Part shown: one piece after another, positions 56,861 through 64,000 of the stretch
How positions within the stretch are numbered: position 1 is the first letter of the stretch
How the letters are laid out: each line of letters starts with the position of its first letter
From: a virus
Taxonomy: Duplodnaviria; Caudoviricetes
Direction: 5' to 3' (one strand)
Length of the DNA stretch: 64,000 nt
IMG/VR virus record: IMGVR_UViG_3300050581_000016
Span: 12,299-76,298 of that record
Program-made: the position numbers and the translations under genes
The notes under the pieces: generated by a model
Told to the model about the DNA's origin: nothing
Databases searched by the model: none
The model's input: only the letters and a program-made list of their open reading frames with translations

Positions 56861-57262
56861 ATGTATAAGCGCTACTTCGAGATTCCCTATCTGCTCAACG
56901 GCAGGGGCTTTGACGGGGCCGACTGCTACGGCTTAATCCTGCTATGGTATAAGAACGAACTTGGCATTGCTCTGATCGACCCGATCAATGACCTCAAGCA
57001 TTTTAATGATGCTGATGAGCGCGATCTCTTCATGAGCAACATTGGCAGCGAGTGGATTGCCCTTGGCAAGACCGAGCAACCAAGGCGCCATGATGTCGCC
57101 CTACTGCGAAACGGATCGGTGAACCCGAACCACGTCGCTGTCTTCATTGACCCGGAAAACATGCTTCAAACCCTGGAAGGCCCAGGTTGCCATATTGCAA
57201 AGTTCGCCAAATGGCGGCCCAGGACTTTTCGTATCTATAGGCACAAGAGGTTGGCTGAATGA
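56861..57262 (+). CDS. NlpC/P60 tail protein (gpK-like)
   Basis: IPYL..GR...GADCYGL, HVAVF. Confidence 0.85.
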   Translation: MYKRYFEIPYLLNGRGFDGADCYGLILLWYKNELGIALIDPINDLKHFNDADERDLFMSNIGSEWIALGKTEQPRRHDVALLRNGSVNPNHVAVFIDPENMLQTLEGPGCHIAKFAKWRPRTFRIYRHKRLAE

Positions 57263-60200
57263 GAGTCAAATTCATCCCCGATATGTTCGACAAGTCTACG
57301 GCACAGGACTACCTGGTCGATTACAAGTATCAGACGGTCGGAGAGTATTTTGACCAGATCGTCAAGATTGACCGCAATGGCTTTGCTCCGATCATTACTG
57401 GGAAAGAGGCGACCTGGGACGACATACCGTGTGCCGATGATGAAATCATTTTCGTTCCTGCTCTTGAGGGCGGCGGTTTTTTTGGACTGATTGGCGGTGC
57501 GCTCTTAACGGCTCTGAGCTTCATCCCAGGCTTCCAGTTCCTGCTCCCTATCGGGATCAGCCTCATGGCTGGCGCTCTCTTGAGCTTTGCCTCAAGCATG
57601 TTCTTCAAGCCTGACACCCCGACAGCTCAAAAGCAAAGCGCAACCTATTCCTGGGACGGCATCCAGAACACAATAGGAGACGGCAGCACGATGCCGATTG
57701 TTTATGGGAAGCATCGTGTTGGCGGGGTTCCCATTGAGGCGTTTGTCGAAGGCCCGACGTCGCAGGGCAGGATGTCGAACAAGTATTTGAACATTTTGCT
57801 TGCCGTGAGCGAAGGCCCCGTCGAAGACATCGACACGGACACCGTCCAGATCAACAAACAGCCTCTGAGCAATTATCGCTCAATCCAAAAGTGGCGGCGT
57901 CTTGGCTATTTGAACCAAGACACAATTGATGAATTTAATAAGGTCGTGACGTCATACAACATTACCGGCGTCCAGTTGACCTACAATATTCCGTACATAT
58001 ACAAGACGCAAAACGAAGTCAATGCCGTAAGATGCGTTGTCAGCTTCACCGGCCTATGTAATTTCAGCGATGAAGGCGACATGCAGAAGCAGGATTGCGC
58101 GTTCCACTGGGAATGGAAGGACAACCTCAATCCTGATGATTTTTGGCACGCCACCGAAGATACGCGGTTCTGGGCCAGGACAAACAGCAAGGTCGATTTT
58201 TGCAAGTATATCAAGTTTGACCATAAAAGCCAGTATCTTATCAGGGTCACGAGAATTTACGGAGACAATACTAACCCAAAGATTTACGACAAAAGCTATT
58301 TTACGACCGTTAACGAAATCGAACATGCTGCATTAACTTATCCAAACACTGCTTTGTTGGGTTTCAGCATCAAAGCAACCAATAGGCTTTCCGGGTCTTT
58401 CCCCAATGTTACGGCAATTGTCAAGGGGCGCACCTTGAAAGATGTTAGGACGGGGGAGGTTGCCTATTCTAACAACCCTGCCAATATCTTGTACGATATT
58501 TTGACAAACCAACGATATGGACTTGGACGTGTGATGGACGAATCACACATTGATATGGACAGTCTTAAAACATTCGCAAATTGGTGCGATCAGTACGTCA
58601 CCTATCGCTACTACAACGGGTCTATCAAGCCGTGGTCTGCCACAAAGACGTATGCTCTTGGGGCGCTGGCGTATGATCCAGCGACGGATTACGACTACAA
58701 ATCCATTCAGGCCGACAACCTCAACCATGCTTTGACAAACACGTTGTGGTGGGAGAAGGTCGGTGAGAACTTTTACATTACGACGACAGAGAAGCGCTAT
58801 GAAATCAACATGGTGCTTGATACGCAGTTTAAGGCCATAGACATCATTTCAAAGATTTGCGGCACTTGTCGGGCATTGCCATTTTGGAACGGCGACAAAT
58901 TCAAGGTCGTGATTGAGCGACCCGACACGCCCGCCCAGATGTTCAACATGAGCAACATCGTCAAGGACAGTTTCGAGGAAACCTATACCGGCCTTGCCGA
59001 TGTTCCGAACCAGGCTGAAGCGATCATCCTTGACGAAAAGAACGATTACGCCAGAAAGACGATCACCGGCATTGACCGAGACAGAATTGATGAGCCTCCC
59101 AACACCAGACAATTGAATCTGTTCGGAATCACAAGGCTGTCCAGGGCAAGGCGCGAGTTGGTTTTCGCCTTGAAAAAGGCCAAGGCAATCCGCAAGTTCA
59201 TTAGCTTTGAAACCGGCATCGGCGGTGTGATTTGCGAGGTTGGCGACCTCTTCTACTTCCAGCATGACGTTCCCCAGTACGGCTTCGGTGGGTCTATTGA
59301 AACGAAGGTTGGATACGTCGTGACCTTCGGCAAGGGTCTTTCGGTCACGGCTGGCAAGCAGTACACGCTTCGTATTCGTCGGAAGAACAACACGTTCTAT
59401 GTCGATACCTGGACGGCTCCCAGTACGACCACGATCACCGAAAGAACTCTTGAATCCGGGAACAACGTGCAGGTTGGAGACATCTGGGCCTTCGGCGAGA
59501 TCAACAAAGAGGCCAAGCCATTCAGGGCGCTTTCAATCACTCGCAAAGACAACAAGACGGTTGCGATACAGGCAGAGGAGTACAACGAGTCGATCTTTTC
59601 TGACGACGAGAGCATAGACGTCGAAGAGTTTGACTACAGTCAACTCAACTTGGTCGAAGAGTACGAGCTTGACGGCACCGTGGAAGACCCTGAGCCCGTT
59701 CCGATTGCCGTCGATCCTGATGATCCGGTTGCGTCCCATGCCGTCCCGCCACTTGTCACGGAAGTCAACCTGTCTGAGAGCCAGGAGCTGGTCGGGGATG
59801 TCTGGGTGCCCAACATCCAGGTGTCATACGGGCCGGTTGAAATGAGGGCCAACAGCAGGGCCACGATTGACCACTACATTGTCATGTATGCCGTCAATCC
59901 TCCGACTGAAACGATCAGCAACGACGATGCGATTTGGACTGTCGCCGGAACGGCTGTCGCCGGATTGTTCACGATTCGTAATGTAAAGATCGGCATGGAT
60001 TATTACATAGTCGTGAAGCCTGTGACGAATTACGGCGTGACAAACCGGCAAGAGCAGGGCGATCATGCTTTTGACAACCACATCAAGCCGTTGGGCAAGG
60101 AGCTTCCACCGGCTCCACCGACAGACTTGACGGTCATTCCCGGCAATATGTGCAATGTCATCAAGTGGAAGCCGTCGCCCAATCGTGACGTGGCGCAATA

Positions 60201-61950
60201 CGAAATATGGTGCTCTACTCCAACCAATAACCGCGATCTCGCGGAGCTTGTTGGTACGAGCACCGGACTGCGGAATGGCAATATAGTCTGGGCCAAGTGG
60301 GTTCACAATGACCTTGAATCCAATATGGACTACTACTATTGGATCAAGGCCATTGACGCTCATGGAAATGAGAGCCTTTGGGAGCCGCTTGGGGGCGGGG
60401 CACACGTTCATCTGACCGCAAATCCAAATAAGGTGCTTCCTCTGCTCGTTGGCGCGTTGGGGACAACGCACCTAGATGAAACCACTGGAGGCAAATTCAA
60501 CAGCATTGAGTATGGCGCGACGGTCGGGGCCAAGATCGGCACGAACCTCGTTAAATCAGACGGCGTCACCCAGGTCACGGAAGCCGATCTGATGCTAAAC
60601 AATCTTCTGGCCCGGACGATCACATTGGACACGAATGGGAAGTTCGTGAGCGCGGCATCCGGGGCGCGGTTCGAGATCACCAAGACGCTGATCGCTGGAT
60701 ACGACGCCTCGAACGAGGTGCAATTCAAGATCAGGGCAAGCGACGGGAAGGCGGTGGCTGGAGGCGGAGGTGTTGTTTTAAGCTCGGTCGGAATAACCCT
60801 GGACGCCTACAACGGGTCAGGGACGAATCCTCCCGGCAGCCCACCGGCTTTGCCGTCTGAAATAACGTGGGTATATGATGGGAATGTTGTCGCGAGTGTT
60901 CGCGGTCAGTATCAGGGCAGCGCCAACTATTATTCACTGGACCTGAAAGCTGGAAACGGATCGTCTTACGCAAGACTGTATCTTGGTACAGGGCCTGTAA
61001 ATGACGAAATTGTCTTAATCAGCGACTACGTCTATCTTTACGGGAAGACGATAGCTGCCGGACTCAATACCGATTTGTCTCGGGACACCGACGACAGCTA
61101 TCTGAATTTGCATGGCGGGACAAGCGTCACAGCTGGTGCCGCAGTATCGTTGTTTGGGCGCGACCATGCAAGCTATCCCGGCAATATGTACCTGACTTTC
61201 GGAGGGTACACGTCAACCGGCAAGCTAGTGGTGAGGCGCCGCGACAATTCGGCTTATACCAGCGTATTTGAGATTGACAACGCCGGGAACATCGTCACGT
61301 CAGCGTTGCGGATCGGCGCCTACGTCAACGACTCATACTTGGCCATTTGCGCGGGAGAAGATGGTCTGAAGGGCGCATCGCTCACCATGTACGGACGCGC
61401 TCATGCGACCCTTCCAGGCGAGGCGATATTGACGCTGGGCGGCTATAACGCCTATGGAACATTCACGATCAGGCACCGGTTGACCGACGAGTCAGTATCC
61501 ACGAAGTTCACATTCACAAAAGACGCAAATCTGAGCATCGGCGGCGCCAGCATGGGAATGAGCGCAACCAATACGGTGTGCATCATGACCGGGGTTGCTC
61601 CGCTCACCTCGCCCACGGATGCCTTCCAGATGTTCTCAAAAGACATTGTGGGCGGGAACGCATGTCCGCACATTCTCACAGAGGCCGGAGATTTGATCCG
61701 GCTCTATTCCACTACGTACCTCGCGGATGTTGACGCGACGACGCTGACGGCGCTGACCGGGGCCTATGGGACGGCTGGCTCGGCGATCGCCGATGTGGGC
61801 ACCAGTTTCAACCAGAACACTTTGAACAACAATTTCAGGCGGCTCAAAGACCTGGCGAACGACCTTCGGACTGTTGTTGTGAGTCTTCGCACCAGAGTTA
61901 ACGGCATTCTCGCCCGACTCGAAAGCGTCGGCCTCATGAAAAGCTCATAG
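57259..61950 (+). CDS. tail tip/host-specificity protein (gpI+gpJ-like) with FN3 domains and a fibre-like C-terminus
   Basis: DEIIFVPALEGG, MPIVYG.HRVGG, AVSEGP, YPNTAL, NNPA.ILYDIL..RYG; 1563 aa. Confidence 0.9.
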   Translation: MRVKFIPDMFDKSTAQDYLVDYKYQTVGEYFDQIVKIDRNGFAPIITGKEATWDDIPCADDEIIFVPALEGGGFFGLIGGALLTALSFIPGFQFLLPIGISLMAGALLSFASSMFFKPDTPTAQKQSATYSWDGIQNTIGDGSTMPIVYGKHRVGGVPIEAFVEGPTSQGRMSNKYLNILLAVSEGPVEDIDTDTVQINKQPLSNYRSIQKWRRLGYLNQDTIDEFNKVVTSYNITGVQLTYNIPYIYKTQNEVNAVRCVVSFTGLCNFSDEGDMQKQDCAFHWEWKDNLNPDDFWHATEDTRFWARTNSKVDFCKYIKFDHKSQYLIRVTRIYGDNTNPKIYDKSYFTTVNEIEHAALTYPNTALLGFSIKATNRLSGSFPNVTAIVKGRTLKDVRTGEVAYSNNPANILYDILTNQRYGLGRVMDESHIDMDSLKTFANWCDQYVTYRYYNGSIKPWSATKTYALGALAYDPATDYDYKSIQADNLNHALTNTLWWEKVGENFYITTTEKRYEINMVLDTQFKAIDIISKICGTCRALPFWNGDKFKVVIERPDTPAQMFNMSNIVKDSFEETYTGLADVPNQAEAIILDEKNDYARKTITGIDRDRIDEPPNTRQLNLFGITRLSRARRELVFALKKAKAIRKFISFETGIGGVICEVGDLFYFQHDVPQYGFGGSIETKVGYVVTFGKGLSVTAGKQYTLRIRRKNNTFYVDTWTAPSTTTITERTLESGNNVQVGDIWAFGEINKEAKPFRALSITRKDNKTVAIQAEEYNESIFSDDESIDVEEFDYSQLNLVEEYELDGTVEDPEPVPIAVDPDDPVASHAVPPLVTEVNLSESQELVGDVWVPNIQVSYGPVEMRANSRATIDHYIVMYAVNPPTETISNDDAIWTVAGTAVAGLFTIRNVKIGMDYYIVVKPVTNYGVTNRQEQGDHAFDNHIKPLGKELPPAPPTDLTVIPGNMCNVIKWKPSPNRDVAQYEIWCSTPTNNRDLAELVGTSTGLRNGNIVWAKWVHNDLESNMDYYYWIKAIDAHGNESLWEPLGGGAHVHLTANPNKVLPLLVGALGTTHLDETTGGKFNSIEYGATVGAKIGTNLVKSDGVTQVTEADLMLNNLLARTITLDTNGKFVSAASGARFEITKTLIAGYDASNEVQFKIRASDGKAVAGGGGVVLSSVGITLDAYNGSGTNPPGSPPALPSEITWVYDGNVVASVRGQYQGSANYYSLDLKAGNGSSYARLYLGTGPVNDEIVLISDYVYLYGKTIAAGLNTDLSRDTDDSYLNLHGGTSVTAGAAVSLFGRDHASYPGNMYLTFGGYTSTGKLVVRRRDNSAYTSVFEIDNAGNIVTSALRIGAYVNDSYLAICAGEDGLKGASLTMYGRAHATLPGEAILTLGGYNAYGTFTIRHRLTDESVSTKFTFTKDANLSIGGASMGMSATNTVCIMTGVAPLTSPTDAFQMFSKDIVGGNACPHILTEAGDLIRLYSTTYLADVDATTLTALTGAYGTAGSAIADVGTSFNQNTLNNNFRRLKDLANDLRTVVVSLRTRVNGILARLESVGLMKSS

Positions 61951-61961
61951 GGAGGCAGAGC

Positions 61962-62237
61962 ATGATTACGCTTGAGACGCAAGTACCGATTACAACGGTC
62001 AGGATAGATCAGATCACAATACAGCTCAATCGGGACGGCGGGGAAGCGACCGCAACCGTGTCGATTCTTGATGCCAACGGGAATGTCATCCGGCGCGAGA
62101 TCACGCAGCACCCGAATCCGAACGCCTTCATAAAGCAGATCATCGCCAATCCCAAAGCTGCGTTCGATTTCATCGACGGCCTGCTTCTGGCGAAGTATCC
62201 CGGCGCCGCCGTCACAAACAGCGACATCAACTGGTAG
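61962..62237 (+). CDS. hypothetical tail-associated protein
   Basis: GGAGG SD. Confidence 0.65.
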   Translation: MITLETQVPITTVRIDQITIQLNRDGGEATATVSILDANGNVIRREITQHPNPNAFIKQIIANPKAAFDFIDGLLLAKYPGAAVTNSDINW

Positions 62238-62246
62238 GAGAAGTGC

Positions 62247-62519
62247 ATGAGCAATGAGGCAGTAAAACAAGTTGAAGAGTTGAGGGCAACGGTGAACGAG
62301 ACAGAGAACAGCCTCAATGATGTTTTGAGCGGCGAGCAGGCGACCCTCAGCGAGGAAGCGGTCAATCAGATGCTCATTGAGGCAAAGAAGCGCCGGATCA
62401 CCCAGTGCGCCCAAGAGATGAACGCGGTCATGGAGAAGTACCAGTGCAAGCTGGTTCCGGTGACGATCATCGTGAATGGCGAAATTTCGCAAAAGGTCGA
62501 GGTTGTGACCGCCGCATAA
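62247..62519 (+). CDS. hypothetical protein
   Basis: GGAG SD; followed by a UUCG hairpin. Confidence 0.65.
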   Translation: MSNEAVKQVEELRATVNETENSLNDVLSGEQATLSEEAVNQMLIEAKKRRITQCAQEMNAVMEKYQCKLVPVTIIVNGEISQKVEVVTAA

Positions 62520-62537
62520 CAACAGTTTCAACACCAA

Positions 62538-62562
62538 GGGCCGCCTTCGGGCGGCCCTTTCT
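62538..62562 (+). terminator. intrinsic terminator
   Basis: AGGGCCGCC-TTCG-GGCGGCCCT followed by TT. Confidence 0.7.
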
Positions 62563-62577
62563 ATTTGGAGGAAAAGC

Positions 62578-63042
62578 ATGTTCAACGAAATCTTTGAGCT
62601 TATCAATGAATACGCCGATCAGTATGGCATTCCGCGCAAGATTGTCTACGGCGTATGCAAGAAAGAAAGCGCGTTCGATCAATTCGCCTGTCGGTTTGAG
62701 CCTGCCTATCGGTGGCTGTTCCAATATGACAAGGTTCATCCTCCCATTTGCTCCCACGACACGGAGAAGATTCTCCAGATGACGTCCATCGGCCTCATGC
62801 AGGTCATGGGCGGCGTCTACCGCGAGTACGGCTACAAGGGCTGGTTGAGCGCCCTGTTTGCGAGTCCCGAGCAGCAGATCATGTACGGGTGTCGGCACTT
62901 GGCGGGCAAGATCAAGAAGTACGGCCTGACCAAGGGCATCGCCGCTTACAATTCCGGCTCGCCCATCATGATAAACGGCAGGCTGAAAAATCAGGACTAT
63001 GTGGACGATGTGCTGGCATTTGCCGAGGAATACCAAGGCTAA
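62578..63042 (+). CDS. endolysin, SLT-type lytic transglycosylase
   Basis: KES catalytic Glu, SIGLMQVM, IAAYNSG, YV..VL. Confidence 0.9.
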   Translation: MFNEIFELINEYADQYGIPRKIVYGVCKKESAFDQFACRFEPAYRWLFQYDKVHPPICSHDTEKILQMTSIGLMQVMGGVYREYGYKGWLSALFASPEQQIMYGCRHLAGKIKKYGLTKGIAAYNSGSPIMINGRLKNQDYVDDVLAFAEEYQG

Positions 63043-63080
63043 CCTTCCACCGGAGGAAGACTAGACAAAGGGAGCACACA

Positions 63081-63425
63081 ATGCCAGAAAATCAATACTT
63101 GAAACTCAAGGAGGAAATCCTGGCAGAGACAAAAGCCGCATTTCAAGAGATGCTGAACGAGGCTGTGAATGAAATGACCAAGTGCGCGGCTCAAGCCATA
63201 CAACCCGTCAAACATGGCCATGCTGATGAGTCTCCATGTAAAGACAAATGCGGTCTTAGCCCAAACGAGCATTATGAGGCTCATAGAAAGGTCAACGAGT
63301 TTTTCAATGACCTGAGTGATATCACAAAGACGGTCAGGGGAACGATCATCAAGCTGCTCATTACCATCGGCGTATTGGCAGCGGCCCTTGGTCTGGGCCT
63401 TGAGGTCAAAAGATACCTTCCATAG
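63081..63425 (+). CDS. membrane protein with C-terminal TM segment (lysis module)
   Basis: IIKLLITIGVLAAALGLGL. Confidence 0.6.
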   Translation: MPENQYLKLKEEILAETKAAFQEMLNEAVNEMTKCAAQAIQPVKHGHADESPCKDKCGLSPNEHYEAHRKVNEFFNDLSDITKTVRGTIIKLLITIGVLAAALGLGLEVKRYLP

Positions 63426-63440
63426 CAGAAAGGATCAGAC

Positions 63441-63764
63441 ATGGGAGTTTGGGACTTTTTCAAAAGCATATGGAGTAGTTGGATTGGTCAGCTCTTCAGG
63501 AAGGCGGCCACTACGGCAGCCGGTGAGCTGGCCGAGGGCATCGCCGACATCGCCCAGGCGGTCGTGATTGGTCTGGCGAACAATTCAAAATTGACAAACG
63601 CCCAACGATGGCAGTTCGCCAAGCGAATCATCACCCAGACCTGTATTGATGAGGGGAGGGAGTTCACCGGACATGCGGTAAACATCGCAATCGAGCTGGC
63701 AAGCGCCATCGTCGCCCAGGGCGCCAAAAAGCTGATCGACTCCGCTGAACAGAATGCAAAATGA
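63441..63764 (+). CDS. hypothetical protein (possibly holin-associated)
   Basis: AAGGA SD; amphipathic sequence. Confidence 0.6.
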   Translation: MGVWDFFKSIWSSWIGQLFRKAATTAAGELAEGIADIAQAVVIGLANNSKLTNAQRWQFAKRIITQTCIDEGREFTGHAVNIAIELASAIVAQGAKKLIDSAEQNAK

Positions 63765-64000
63765 GCGACATCCTCCGGTATCCGTTTAAAACGGACATCC
63801 AACTTTGGAACCTGGGCGACATCCACCGTGGCGACCATGCCTGCAACCGGGAACTGTACCTGAAGGCCATCGACACGATCAGGCGGGACAGGTTCAGCTT
63901 CTGGGTGAGCACGGGCGACATCCTCAACGTGGCCTTGAAGGACAGTAAATCGAGCGTCTACACGTCGTGGGCGCTTGAGAAGGAATACGAGGCCGTCGTG
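63761..64000 (+). CDS. metallophosphoesterase, truncated by the window edge
   Basis: LGDIH.G...TGDIL.. motifs, read by eye. Confidence 0.65.
   Translation, partial: MSDILRYPFKTDIQLWNLGDIHRGDHACNRELYLKAIDTIRRDRFSFWVSTGDILNVALKDSKSSVYTSWALEKEYEAVV

Noticed and set aside
1-64000. Stop-codon reassignment (TAG readthrough)
   Set aside because: Core genes are intact in the standard code, many end in TAG, and no suppressor tRNA is present
1-64000. CRISPR array, DGR, retron or integrase
   Set aside because: No regularly spaced repeats, reverse transcriptase motifs or recombinase seen in this window; the rest of the genome is unknown

Overview
This window is a 64 kb slice of a GC-rich, siphovirus-type dsDNA phage or prophage genome, with nearly all genes on the + strand. 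It has four parts. (1) Replication and recombination: DnaB helicase, primase, a DnaE polymerase carrying an HNH intein and a C-terminal UDG-like domain, SSB, UvsY-like protein, RecA, SbcCD and RuvC, together with a divergent XRE repressor, a CobT/CobS (VWA/MoxR) pair and a sigma factor. (2) Nucleotide metabolism: dUTPase, class II RNR, PhoH, ThyX and a DUF5664 dNTP diphosphohydrolase. (3) A candidate DNA hypermodification operon: three ParB/Srx proteins, an IbrA/IbrB-like PAPS-reductase pair with an intein in IbrB, a GT-A glycosyltransferase and an O-methyltransferase. (4) A tRNA-Gly, then packaging, head, lambda-like tail and lysis genes. The most striking non-coding signals are two. First, three copies of a ~170 bp module end in tandem sigma54 -24/-12 boxes, and one copy points antisense into the tail genes. 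Second, about a dozen intergenic TAAGNNCTTA palindromes occur, several lying in the spacers of sigma70-type promoters. No integrase, CRISPR array or reverse transcriptase is visible. All family calls come from recognising motifs by eye; no database searches were run.
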